From Candidatus Micrarchaeota archaeon (GTDB lineage Archaea > B1Sed10-29 > B47-G15): a DNA stretch of 64,000 bases. The position numbers and the translations under genes are program-made. How positions within the stretch are numbered: position 1 is the first letter of the stretch; the number at the start of each line of letters is the position of its first letter. The notes under the pieces are model-generated. The model worked only from the letters and a program-made list of their open reading frames with translations. It did not search any database and was not told where the DNA came from. Below are positions 10,243 through 19,695 of the stretch, one piece after another. The DNA lies in the NCBI GenBank assembly GCA_003660975.1, contig QMVG01000003.1:32001-96000 (forward strand). The letters are read 5' to 3'.

Positions 10243-11532
10243 CCTTTCCATGTCTCTTGGCAGTAAAGTGGCCTCTTTCACATTACCCAATTCCAAGAGT
10301 TGCATAATGAACCTGGCCGAGCCCATACCAAAACCAGAATGTGGGGGAGCACCATATTTGAAGAAGCTGAGATAATGTCTAAGGCCTTCTGGGTTTAGAC
10401 CTTTTTCCTTTACCTGCTTTAGTAGTGTATTATACCTGTGTTCCCTTTGGGAACCTGTTGAAATCTCAACACCTTTGTAGATTAGGTCATAGCTTTTTGT
10501 TAACTCTCCTTCTTTTTTCATGTGGTAAAAAGGCCTTACTGCAAATGGAAAATCAGTAAGAAAGACGAAATCGCTGTTGTAACGTTTTTTGATGTAATCT
10601 CCCAAAGCTTTCTCTCCCTCAGGGTCCAACTCATAAAACTCATCTATGTTCTCTATGGACACTCCTTTTACTTTTTCAATTGCTTCTTTCATCGTAATAC
10701 GAGGAAAGGGCATTTTAGGGCTTTTTATTTCTATTCCCATTTTCTCCTTTACTTCATCGCCAAGTTCCTCTATTACGTGCTCAATGGACTGCTTTATGGC
10801 CCTTTCATGGAATTTCATGAGCTCTTCGTAATCAGTCCACGACATCTCAACATCAATGCTTATGAATTCAGTAGTATGCCTCGCTGTTTTTGAAGGATCT
10901 GCTCTAAACATCGGGGCTATTTCAAATACTTTATCAAAACCAGCGCACATTGCCATCTGTTTGTAAAACTGCGGAGATTGGGATAGGTATGCTTTCCTCT
11001 TGAAGTATTTTACCTCAAATAGCTCTGCCCTGCTCTCACTTGGCGAGTCCATAAACCTTGATGAGTGGATTTCTAAGAGGCCTTCTTTGCTGAAATATTC
11101 CCTCAACCCTTTTTCAAAACTGTGCATTACCTTAAATATCAGCATATTTCGTGGATTTCTGAGGTCTATCCACCTGTAATCTAATCTTTTTGCCAGTGAA
11201 GTGTTCACTTTTCCTGAAAAATCAATTGGTAGGGGGACATCTGCTAGTGAAATGATGTCAATTTTTTCAGGGATTATCTCAAAGCCCCTTTCGGCGACAT
11301 TGCTTTTTTTCACGCTTCCTTCTACATATATCACAGACTCAGGGCTTAAGTTCTTTATTTTCTCAAAATTTGGGTTGTCTTTCTTTACTGTTATCTGAAC
11401 TAAACCCTCCCTGTCCCTTAATTTTATGAAAGCCAGCTTTCCTATGATTCTTATATTCTGTGCCCAGCCACCTATAGCTACTTTCCTTCCGTCAAAGTTG
11501 CTGTTTATTTCAGAGCTCATGTACCTTTTCAT
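10231..11532 (-). CDS. aspS: Aspartate--tRNA ligase, archaeal type
   Basis: OB-fold FIKLRDREG, YLSQSPQFYKQ, FRADPS...RHTTEF, GAPPHSGFGMG. Confidence 0.93.
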   Translation of the reverse strand: MKRYMSSEINSNFDGRKVAIGGWAQNIRIIGKLAFIKLRDREGLVQITVKKDNPNFEKIKNLSPESVIYVEGSVKKSNVAERGFEIIPEKIDIISLADVPLPIDFSGKVNTSLAKRLDYRWIDLRNPRNMLIFKVMHSFEKGLREYFSKEGLLEIHSSRFMDSPSESRAELFEVKYFKRKAYLSQSPQFYKQMAMCAGFDKVFEIAPMFRADPSKTARHTTEFISIDVEMSWTDYEELMKFHERAIKQSIEHVIEELGDEVKEKMGIEIKSPKMPFPRITMKEAIEKVKGVSIENIDEFYELDPEGEKALGDYIKKRYNSDFVFLTDFPFAVRPFYHMKKEGELTKSYDLIYKGVEISTGSQREHRYNTLLKQVKEKGLNPEGLRHYLSFFKYGAPPHSGFGMGSARFIMQLLELGNVKEATLLPRDMERLTP

Positions 11533-11536
11533 TGCT

Positions 11537-12034
11537 TCACCCTACGTATTTTATCTCGGCATCTACGCCACATAACTGTTTCAATACCTGCTTTATGCTT
11601 TCCTCCTTTAATAAAATCTTCTTTCTGTCTGCCTCAGGTATTAATATCCTTTGTTTTTCACCTTCTTTGCTGTATATAGTTGTAAACCCCATTATGCGGG
11701 CAGGGGACACCAAATCATTCACGATCTCCTTTATGCTGCCCTTTTTTACGATTCTAACCCTTTTGCCAAGCTTCTCGCTTAGGATTCTAACGACTCGCCC
11801 ACCCTTTCCTATAAGTGTAGAAACATTGGATTTTGTTATTATAACGATAAAATCAGGCAATTCAATACTTCTTTCAAAACTTGGATCTCCCAAAACGTTC
11901 TTTTCATATAATTCGTATAAAAGCCTAGCTATCTTTATATCCAGTTGGCTTATTTCGCCATTGTCCAGTTTTTTCTGGCACGTTTCGCATAGTGCGTCAC
12001 TCTGGGCGCATTTTTCACATATCGGCATCCTCAT
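11537..12034 (-). CDS. NusA-like KH-domain protein with N-terminal Cys motif
   Basis: CEKC...LCETC and KH loop LIGKGG. Confidence 0.75.
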   Translation of the reverse strand: MRMPICEKCAQSDALCETCQKKLDNGEISQLDIKIARLLYELYEKNVLGDPSFERSIELPDFIVIITKSNVSTLIGKGGRVVRILSEKLGKRVRIVKKGSIKEIVNDLVSPARIMGFTTIYSKEGEKQRILIPEADRKKILLKEESIKQVLKQLCGVDAEIKYVG

Positions 12035-12074
12035 CGCTCATCACCCAAATAAAAAGGGGAGGGTGATAAGGGGT

Positions 12075-12389
12075 TTACTTGCTGAGGACGATGTCTATTG
12101 CGCTTACTTTGCTTGTTGTTCCATCAGCGTTTTTGAGTTCCTCTGTTTGTATGCTTATGTTCTTTACCTTCACCTCGTTGATGAATTTGTTTTTTATAAT
12201 CTCTGCTACGTCCACTGCTCTTGATATCGTCTTGCCTCTAGCTTTGATGTTCACCTCTTTTGCTCCTTTGTTGAACTGGGTCACTACTGCGAGGACGTAG
12301 CTCATGACACCCTTCTTTCCCACAAATACAGTGTTTGCTGCGTCTCCACTTTCTTCTTTGGTTTCAACATTTTTCTCTTCTTCTGCCAT
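12075..12389 (-). CDS. albA: DNA/RNA-binding protein Alba
   Basis: [35 protein letters not shown]. Confidence 0.95.
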   Translation of the reverse strand: MAEEEKNVETKEESGDAANTVFVGKKGVMSYVLAVVTQFNKGAKEVNIKARGKTISRAVDVAEIIKNKFINEVKVKNISIQTEELKNADGTTSKVSAIDIVLSK

Positions 12390-12451
12390 TCACATCACCT
12401 TTCTGAGTTTATTTCCCCTTATCTTGGGTTATATAATTTGTGTAATAGCCT

Positions 12452-13327
12452 TTATTTATCTTTTCTTCTTTTTCTGTACTCCTCTACAATTTTTTCGAGC
12501 CAGTTGCTGTCTTTGCTCTCGTACCTCTCAATGGGAATATATAATACAAAAGATTCGTTTTCGTATAGTATGTCTATAAGTTGCACATTTTTATTTTCCT
12601 TTTTCAAACGCTCATAAAAGCTTCTGTCGTTTGTTTTGTCCTTCATTTCCTCCTTTCTGCATATTCTTAAATCTCCTTTGTAGAGGTGTTCAGCAATTAA
12701 ATTTAATTTTTGCAATAATCTTCTATTTTCTGCTACAAGCGGGCTTAGCAAAGGCATGGCTCTCTTTTTTCCTCTCTCTGAAAGCAGGCCTTCTATCTCC
12801 TCATCCTTTTTTCTAAGAAGCTCCCTTAGCCGCCTTATTTCCTGCCTCAATTTCCTGTCATCTCTGCTCTGCTTTTTTATTATCACTGCTTTTCTTTCCC
12901 TCTTTTCAGCGCCTATAAAGCTTTCTAAAACCTTCTTTTCGAAGTTATTGGGATATCTTTTTTTGAGATTCATTAACTTTGCTTTAAAATGCTTGTATGC
13001 TTTCAGCGCAGATGCAAGGGCGTCTCTCTCATGCACATTCGTAACAGGATAGCCTTTCACTAGCTCTATCTTCTCCTGTCTTGACAGTGATTCTGGCGGA
13101 CTGTAAACCTTGCATGAGAACAAGGCCGATAGCTTTTTCAAGGTCGAGGGCAACTGTTTTTTATCTGTCGCTAAGATTAGCATCCTCCCTTTTCTTTCTA
13201 TTCTGGCAGCCATCTCGTTTATAGAAATATTTTTGCCTGATTCTAGAGCTAACAGCTTGCCATCTAAGTCAAGATAGGCAATTGCAACAGTGCTGCCAGG
13301 GTCAACCCCCACTATTAACAGTTTCAT
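12452..13327 (-). CDS. DUF460-family RNase H-like/coiled-coil protein
   Basis: IVGVDPGSTVAIA, HERDALASA, followed by a coiled coil. Confidence 0.8.
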   Translation of the reverse strand: MKLLIVGVDPGSTVAIAYLDLDGKLLALESGKNISINEMAARIERKGRMLILATDKKQLPSTLKKLSALFSCKVYSPPESLSRQEKIELVKGYPVTNVHERDALASALKAYKHFKAKLMNLKKRYPNNFEKKVLESFIGAEKRERKAVIIKKQSRDDRKLRQEIRRLRELLRKKDEEIEGLLSERGKKRAMPLLSPLVAENRRLLQKLNLIAEHLYKGDLRICRKEEMKDKTNDRSFYERLKKENKNVQLIDILYENESFVLYIPIERYESKDSNWLEKIVEEYRKRRKDK

Positions 13328-13356
13328 GCAGCCTCCAAAATATTTTATATGCAGAG

Positions 13357-15111
13357 ATGGTTAAATTAGTGATGGACTTTAAGACCTTGGCTTTTGCTTT
13401 CAGTTCTTTGGAAAAAACAACAAAGAGACTGGAAATGACTAAGATACTTGCAGAGCTTTTTGCAAAAGCAAGCGCTGATGAGATAGCCAAGATTCTCTAC
13501 CTGCTTCAGGGCAGGGTTGCTCCTCCTTTTGAGGAAAAAGAGCTGGGGCTCGGAGAGCGCCTTGTTGAGCAAGCCATCTCTCTTGCCACAGGCTATCATG
13601 CGAGTGAAATAAGGGAACTTTACACCGAGCTAGGTGACTTGGGATTAGCAGTGGAGAAGCTTGTTGGGAAAAAAAAGCAGCAGACGCTTTTCGCGAAGAA
13701 GTTGACTGTCTTGGACGTGTTCTCAGCTTTTAAGAAGATAGCTGAAGCTTCTGGACCAAAATCACAGCAATTGAAAATAAAGCTTTTAGCAGAGCTTATA
13801 CATAATTCAGAACCCATTGAAGCAAGATATATTGTGAGAATCCCTCTCAACAAGTTGAGGCTGGGCATAGGAGACCCAACAGTGCTTGATGCTCTGTCTG
13901 TTATGAAAAAAGGAGATAAACAGCTGAGAGAGTCACTTGAAAGAGCCTACAATGTGACTTCTAATATAGGTTTTGTAGCAGAAAAGTTTTTCAGAGAAGG
14001 CATAAAGGGGATTAACACAATCAAGATAGAGATAGGCAGGCCTATAAGGCCAGCCCTTGCCGAGAGATTGCCCAACGCAGAGGAGATTATAAAGAAAATA
14101 GGCAGGTGCGCTGTGGAGGCCAAGTATGATGGCTTTAGGATGCAGATCCATAAAAAAGGCAAAGAGGTTAAGCTATTTTCCAGGGCAGCAACGGACATGA
14201 CGTATATGTTTCCAGAAATTGTAGATGCTATCAGGTTGCAGAAATGCGAGAGCTTTATAATAGATTCAGAATGTTTGGGTTATGACCCTAAAAATAGGAG
14301 ATATCACTCCTTCCAAGAGACTATGCAGAGAAGAAGAAAGTACGGGATCTCTGATAAGGCCAAGGAAATCCCTTTACACCTTTTTGTTTTTGACATACTG
14401 TATCTAAACGGAGATGAAATGATAAACAAAGCTTATGAGCAAAGGAGAAAAGCATTGGAAAAGAATATAGATGAAAACGAGACAGTACATCTAAGTGATA
14501 TGATAATAGCTGAAACCCCAGAAGAACTGTTGGATTATTTCAATGCTTGTGTTAATGCTGGCTTAGAAGGCGTGATAGCCAAGGACCTAAAGGCACCGTA
14601 CACCGTGGGAGCAAGAAAATTTGCCTGGATAAAATTAAAGAAGAGTTATGAAACCGCACTCAGTGATACCATAGATGCCGTTATTGTTGGTTATGACATC
14701 GGAAAAGGCAAGAGAAAAGAGCTTGGTTTAGGCACTATTTTAGTAGCTGTCTACGATGAGCAGGAGGATGTATTCAAGACCTTAGCAAAAGTAGGGACTG
14801 GATTTAGCGAAGAGGACATAAAACGCTTCAAACAGAAACTAGATGAGATAAAAATCCCCCACAAAAGCCCCAGATTAATTTCAAAGGTTGAGGCAGATGT
14901 CTGGGTTGAGCCAAAATATGTCGTGGAAATAAGCGGTGATGAAATAACAAAGTCGTCTATGCATACCTGTGGCATAAGTGGGGGGGAAACATATGCTTTG
15001 AGGTTCCCTCGCATCGTTCGTTCTGAATTTAGAGACAAAAGGCCAGAAGAAGCCACTACAGTAACTGAAATAATAAAAATGGCAAAAATGCAAAAAAGAA
15101 AGTCAGGTTAA
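13357..15111 (+). CDS. lig: ATP-dependent DNA ligase
   Basis: EAKYDGFRMQIH, EGVIAK, WIKLK, ALRFPR. Start is ATG 13357 or 13372. Confidence 0.96.
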   Translation: MVKLVMDFKTLAFAFSSLEKTTKRLEMTKILAELFAKASADEIAKILYLLQGRVAPPFEEKELGLGERLVEQAISLATGYHASEIRELYTELGDLGLAVEKLVGKKKQQTLFAKKLTVLDVFSAFKKIAEASGPKSQQLKIKLLAELIHNSEPIEARYIVRIPLNKLRLGIGDPTVLDALSVMKKGDKQLRESLERAYNVTSNIGFVAEKFFREGIKGINTIKIEIGRPIRPALAERLPNAEEIIKKIGRCAVEAKYDGFRMQIHKKGKEVKLFSRAATDMTYMFPEIVDAIRLQKCESFIIDSECLGYDPKNRRYHSFQETMQRRRKYGISDKAKEIPLHLFVFDILYLNGDEMINKAYEQRRKALEKNIDENETVHLSDMIIAETPEELLDYFNACVNAGLEGVIAKDLKAPYTVGARKFAWIKLKKSYETALSDTIDAVIVGYDIGKGKRKELGLGTILVAVYDEQEDVFKTLAKVGTGFSEEDIKRFKQKLDEIKIPHKSPRLISKVEADVWVEPKYVVEISGDEITKSSMHTCGISGGETYALRFPRIVRSEFRDKRPEEATTVTEIIKMAKMQKRKSG

Positions 15112-15983
15112 GCTCCTGAGACATATCTTAGCGTTGCAAAGGCAATGCTCCTGGTGCAGCCTGGGTCATAGTCAAAGTATATTACCTTTCCACCAAAAGC
15201 TGTCGCCTTTTCAACTATTCCAGGCACATACTGCTCGTCACCGTTTTCATCAACACCTGAGAGCATCGCTATTGTTTCAGCCCCTATGTCTGTCCTTGGG
15301 ACAACATCAATTGCTTCAATCTCGGTGCAGTCTGTCTTGCTCAGGTTGAGATTGTATTGTTCAGCAACATCATGCAGTACTGGATGCACTGACCAGAAGC
15401 TAAGCTCTGGGCTTTCTATTGTCAGCGTCTTTACACACTGCGTTGTCATGCCAACTGGGTTCATTCTCACTGGAGCGTGGTCTCCAAGTGCTGCTGAGCT
15501 CCAGCCACATATAAGTGGGTCTTTGGAGTCCTTAGTAGCAGCGTCTCCTATGATAATTACATTGCCTCCCCCGCTTATGTAATTTCCTATGGCATCTCTC
15601 ACAGCGTATGACAGGTTTTGCTGCCCAACAACTATTACTGCGTCAAACTCTGACAAAAGCTTCTCCCTGGGGTATTCAAGTATCTTTTCGTTTATTGGTC
15701 GCTAGTAAATATTATACTTAGGGCCATCTGAATTTAATATTGTTTTTAAGCGCGCCCCATTTATCTTAGTGTTAATGCCGTCCAGTGAACCAATGACTCC
15801 TATAACAACACTGCCTCCTCTGCTGCATAGTATCTCATCAAGCACAGGCACATTGCAGAAAACAGTGGTTGTTTTGCCTATTAACACTATGCCTATCAGG
15901 ACAAGGATTACAAGAGGTATTATGCCCTCCATATACCTTTTCCATCCAGACTCATCTGGAAGATAATATGGTAATTCTGCCAT
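15108..15983 (-). pseudogene. Membrane-anchored surface protein (paralogue 1) interrupted by one in-frame TAG at 15702-15704
   Basis: Track ORFs 15702-15983 and 15108-15656 share a frame and read ...NIY*RPINEKILEYPREKLLSEFDAV...; the joined product is collinear with the 16004-16840 paralogue. Confidence 0.7.
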
Positions 15984-16003
15984 CTAACTCCTCCCCTCCA
16001 TGC

Positions 16004-16840
16004 TTAAACATTAGCCAAATATCTTATTGCTTCTACAAGCAATGTTTTGTAATGCCTTGGGTGAAATGCAAAGTATATATACTTTGTCAGTGTTCCAGAG
16101 CCCTCAACAACTACAGGCACTGTTGCCTTTTGTGTTGGGTCACTTGCTAACGGCCTTTCCAGTTGCACAAGCGTTGTTCCAGTCGGTATGATATCAACAT
16201 ATTCAATTGAGCCACTCTGAGAACTGAACTCAAGAGGCCAGTTCAGCTTGTTTAACATCGGATGGCTCTGGGCATATGGTGTTTGCAGGCTTGCCTCGTC
16301 CCAATTAACTACGCTTACATCACAGCTTCCAGCAGCGCTTGCACAACTGACTGGCACGAATGTTAATATCTTCCACCCATTTGCATACGGGTCATTTTCC
16401 ACCTTCGTAGCCGCCTGTTTTATTATTATCACAGGTTTGCTTGATGCGAACTCATTTATTTGGTCATAATTCCACCTGTTGAGTGTTTTGGTAGCTCCAT
16501 TGTTCCCTTCTGTAATAATCATCAAGCTGTATTTTGCAAATGGGTTGTCTTCTCCCATTCCCCTGGCATTAAATAAATCTTCAGCTGTGAAAGTCATGTA
16601 GTTTACATTTGCCACTTTTCTTACATCACTGTCTATAATCTCCATCAGGTCAACATCATTGCCTATAACAGCTACGTTAACTGTTTTTCCTCCAAGCAAT
16701 TCCCCTATGATTGGCACGCTGCCTAACCAACCGAACTTCCACGCCAGCACGAACAATATCAATATCAGCAAGAGAAGTGGAATGGTTACTTCAAATCTCT
16801 TCTTCCAACTTTCCTCCTCAGGATAATAATATTCTGTCAT
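16004..16840 (-). CDS. Membrane-anchored extracellular protein (paralogue 2), probable class-I GATase-like fold
   Basis: N-terminal YYPEEESWKKR plus TM helix; HPML and YIYFAFHP segments shared with its neighbours. Confidence 0.7.
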   Translation of the reverse strand: MTEYYYPEEESWKKRFEVTIPLLLLILILFVLAWKFGWLGSVPIIGELLGGKTVNVAVIGNDVDLMEIIDSDVRKVANVNYMTFTAEDLFNARGMGEDNPFAKYSLMIITEGNNGATKTLNRWNYDQINEFASSKPVIIIKQAATKVENDPYANGWKILTFVPVSCASAAGSCDVSVVNWDEASLQTPYAQSHPMLNKLNWPLEFSSQSGSIEYVDIIPTGTTLVQLERPLASDPTQKATVPVVVEGSGTLTKYIYFAFHPRHYKTLLVEAIRYLANV

Positions 16841-16918
16841 ATCACCACCATATTCTTCAATTCAACATATCTTTATAAACTTTCTTATATTTAAATTACT
16901 ACTGTGCAGTTACAACAT

Positions 16919-18391
16919 TTATTCCAGCATAAACTTTATCAGGTTGTTTATCAACCTTAGCCCATATCCTCGCTTTATGATTTCTTCAGGAGCAAATGCG
17001 TAATAGACTATAAGACCTCTTTTGTTTATGCTGATGCTTGGGTTGGAAACAATTATCGCCGGCCATATCTGCTTGCCATTTTCATCAGGAATTTTTCTGG
17101 ATGCTTTCAGATACATAATTGTGTTGCTCCTTGGGATGCTTGCAAATCTCGCTGTCGTAACCAAGCTCACATTCGCATGACCAAAGTACTTACTGTAATC
17201 AACAGCACTTTCATAGCCTTTTGTCAGCGGGTGGTTTGCGTCTACTGCTTGAAGCTGCAGTGCCAGGCCCTCATTTGGATTATACGTTGAGATATAATCA
17301 AAGCCCAGAACGAGCTGTGAAAAATCTATGCCAGGAACAATGTCTCCAAGTTCTGTTTTTGAAGGCCCTCTTCTCCAGTAATTAAACTGATACGTGCAAT
17401 ATCTCCCTGCATTGTCCTTAAACCACGCAGGTCCTAATCTGTATCCTGAAGCGTTGTGTATTAAATCAGTTTTTCCCTCTTTGCCAACTAATTTGTTTTC
17501 CAGCTCCTCTATGCAGGCAATTATACGTGAATCACCACTAACATGGAAGTTGTTCTCATCTTCTTCTCCACCGCAGAGTGTAAAGCCCTTTTCTTCTAGC
17601 TCATCTATCAGCTTCTGCCTTTCCTTTATGTACATCCATACTACTTCTCCAAAACTGTGGTTGCATAAGCCTGATCCCAATTCCTCTGGTTTATTTGGAG
17701 AATAGCTCTGCCATGAGGAGCATACAGGCTCTGATGAAAAGCCCTTGGCATCCTCGCACGTTTTCTTCCATTCGCTTTTAGTAGCATTATCGATGTTTTC
17801 AATGTCTAAGATATCATCACATTTGCCCTGCATGCACAAAATCTTTGCCATGGTTGCCTCTTTTTCTTCTGATGCCTTGCTTGGCCTAATAGAAGCGCAT
17901 ATCATTGCTGCCTCTGAGCTTCTAGTGCTAGCAGGCAAGTAATCAAAGCGTACCTTTTCACAAATGTAATCTTCATCCCCAAGCTCAGTGCCTGCATCTC
18001 CTATCCACACAAGCCTGCCGCCCTTTTGGACATATTGGTGGAGAGCATTTAAGGTTATTGTTGGGATTTTCTTTGCTTTCTCAACAATTACGACTTCATA
18101 TTGCTCCAATACAGAAGGATCTCTTACCAAGCTTATATCCATTTTAACAGGGAAAATATGGCTTTCTTCGGCAATATACTTACTTAACAATGCTGGATCT
18201 CCCATTCCGTGGTCGCCGTATAGTATGGCTATGCTGGGAGGCCCTGTTATCGCGTAATAAACCGAACAAAAGTTTGGAATATCACTACACGACATAAAGC
18301 CAAACCTGACCAATACGAAAAGCAGTATGAAGATAAGCACTATCAAGGCAAGAACCTGGGGCAGATTTTTGAAATAGGGGGAATCAAGCAT
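16919..18391 (-). CDS. Membrane-anchored extracellular protein (paralogue 3) with Cys-rich insertion
   Basis: N-terminal TM helix; YVQKGGRLVWIGDAG matches YISGGGNVIIIGDAA of paralogue 1; NHPLT; VYYAFAPE. Confidence 0.7.
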   Translation of the reverse strand: MLDSPYFKNLPQVLALIVLIFILLFVLVRFGFMSCSDIPNFCSVYYAITGPPSIAILYGDHGMGDPALLSKYIAEESHIFPVKMDISLVRDPSVLEQYEVVIVEKAKKIPTITLNALHQYVQKGGRLVWIGDAGTELGDEDYICEKVRFDYLPASTRSSEAAMICASIRPSKASEEKEATMAKILCMQGKCDDILDIENIDNATKSEWKKTCEDAKGFSSEPVCSSWQSYSPNKPEELGSGLCNHSFGEVVWMYIKERQKLIDELEEKGFTLCGGEEDENNFHVSGDSRIIACIEELENKLVGKEGKTDLIHNASGYRLGPAWFKDNAGRYCTYQFNYWRRGPSKTELGDIVPGIDFSQLVLGFDYISTYNPNEGLALQLQAVDANHPLTKGYESAVDYSKYFGHANVSLVTTARFASIPRSNTIMYLKASRKIPDENGKQIWPAIIVSNPSISINKRGLIVYYAFAPEEIIKRGYGLRLINNLIKFMLE

Positions 18392-18482
18392 AGCATCACA
18401 TTTCAACATTAATTTTATTATTGCATAAATATAACAGTTATTGATTTATATCTCTTACTCTTAAATAAAAAGCGGTGGTAAA

Positions 18483-18650
18483 ATGAAAGGCATAAAGACA
18501 ACACCTGTCTCAGGGCCTATGTCCAGTGCAGGCATTATGAGGTTTTTTGATGTTAGTGGAGGAGGTCCAAAGATTTCCCCGACAGTTGTTTTCGGTGCAT
18601 CTCTTGCTTTCGTAATTATCGTGGGAGTGCTGAGCTTGTTGGTAAGGTGA
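18483..18650 (+). CDS. secG: Preprotein translocase subunit Sec61beta (SecG)
   Basis: Hand translation MKGIKTTPVSGPMSSAGIMRFFDVSGGGPKISPTVVFGASLAFVIIVGVLSLLVR; SAG-x-RFF...PKISP signature plus TM helix. Not in the ORF track. Confidence 0.9.
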   Translation: MKGIKTTPVSGPMSSAGIMRFFDVSGGGPKISPTVVFGASLAFVIIVGVLSLLVR

Positions 18651-18654
18651 TTTA

Positions 18655-18966
18655 ATGATAATGCCTTTGAGAAAGGAAATTGAGGAGAGACTTAGCAATT
18701 ATGTGATAGAGCAGATAAGAAAAGAAGCAAAGCCCACAAAAGTTGCAGAAGCACTGGCTGTTGTTAAGTATTTTAAGAACATGAGCCTGAGCACAGAGGA
18801 GATTGCACAGATAATCAACATAGTTGAACCATATAGGGAAGTCAAGGCAAAGGCAAGCGATTATGATTATGACGAGATGAAAAAGCACCCAGACCTACTT
18901 ATAACCAGGACACCAACACAGGTATTCGTGAGATATGTGGGAGGCAGGACATTAAAGAGGGAATAG
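18655..18966 (+). CDS. Hypothetical protein
   Basis: 103-aa ORF tightly packed between secG and the next gene. Confidence 0.6.
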   Translation: MIMPLRKEIEERLSNYVIEQIRKEAKPTKVAEALAVVKYFKNMSLSTEEIAQIINIVEPYREVKAKASDYDYDEMKKHPDLLITRTPTQVFVRYVGGRTLKRE

Positions 18967-18973
18967 TGTTTTG

Positions 18974-19333
18974 ATGTTTGGCTGGACCACTTTCGGCAAG
19001 GTGAAGTTTGGAGACGAGGTTTACAGTGAAGACATAATCGTGCATACTGATCTATCTGTTTCTCCACGAGATAAGAGCATTGCTAAAAGCAAATACGGGG
19101 ATTCCCACATAGTTGGCAGAGAGGAATTAGAAAAAATTCTTGACGATGACACAGAAGCTATAGTGATTGGTTCAGGGCAATTTGGAGTCCTGAAGCTAAA
19201 TGAAGAGGCAGTCAATTTTTTGAGAAGCAAAAATATTGACTTCTATGTAATGGAAACACCAGAAGCCATAAAAAAATACAACCACATTTTCAAAGAAAAG
19301 AAAACAATGGCCTTAATTCATGTTACTTGCTGA
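18974..19333 (+). CDS. Mth938-like (DUF498) protein
   Basis: FGKV...DIIV, IVIGSGQFG, TPEAIKKYN, C-terminal HVTC. Confidence 0.88.
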   Translation: MFGWTTFGKVKFGDEVYSEDIIVHTDLSVSPRDKSIAKSKYGDSHIVGREELEKILDDDTEAIVIGSGQFGVLKLNEEAVNFLRSKNIDFYVMETPEAIKKYNHIFKEKKTMALIHVTC

Positions 19334-19390
19334 TTAATAAAATGCTATTTCTAGACTCTTAAGACGAGACCTATAATCCTCAACTATGGG

Positions 19391-19571
19391 TGGGCCCGGA
19401 GGGATTTAAGCCTTTTCTATTATCGCTACGCTAAAGGCTTAAGCGAAATAAAGCCCCAAGGTTATGGTCTTCGTCCTAAGCTTTTTTCTGTGATAATTGT
19501 GGAAAAAGCTTAAGCAAAAAAGCAAAAATAAGCTTTTTTCTGTGAAAACTATGGAAAAGCTTAAGCAAAAA
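19391..19571. repeat. 17-bp copy of the tRNA-Val 3' end followed by three palindromic units
   Basis: TGGGCCCGGAGGGATTT at 19391-19407 equals 19572-19588; TAAGC(C/T)TTT...AAA(A/G)GCTTAAGC units at about 19407, 19477 and 19529. Confidence 0.8.
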
Positions 19572-19644
19572 TGGGCCCGGAGGGATTTGAACCCTCGATC
19601 TTCGCCACGTCAAGGCGATGTCATAGCCACTAGACCACGGGCCC
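19572..19644 (-). tRNA. tRNA-Val(GAC)
   Basis: Reverse complement GGGCCCG...CGGGCCCA; anticodon arm TCGCC-TT-GAC-GT-GGCGA; T-loop GTTCAAATC. Confidence 0.95.
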
Positions 19645-19695
19645 TTTAGTGATACTGTTTTTAACATTGACGTTTATAATCTTAATGGTGTTCTT

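Noticed and set aside
15702-15704. Genome-wide TAG reassignment
   Set aside because: Conserved genes such as endA and the rubrerythrin half end at TAG at their expected C-termini.
19407-19571. Repeated palindromes as a CRISPR array
   Set aside because: Only three degenerate units, variation lies inside the hairpin loops, spacing is irregular and no cas genes are in the window.
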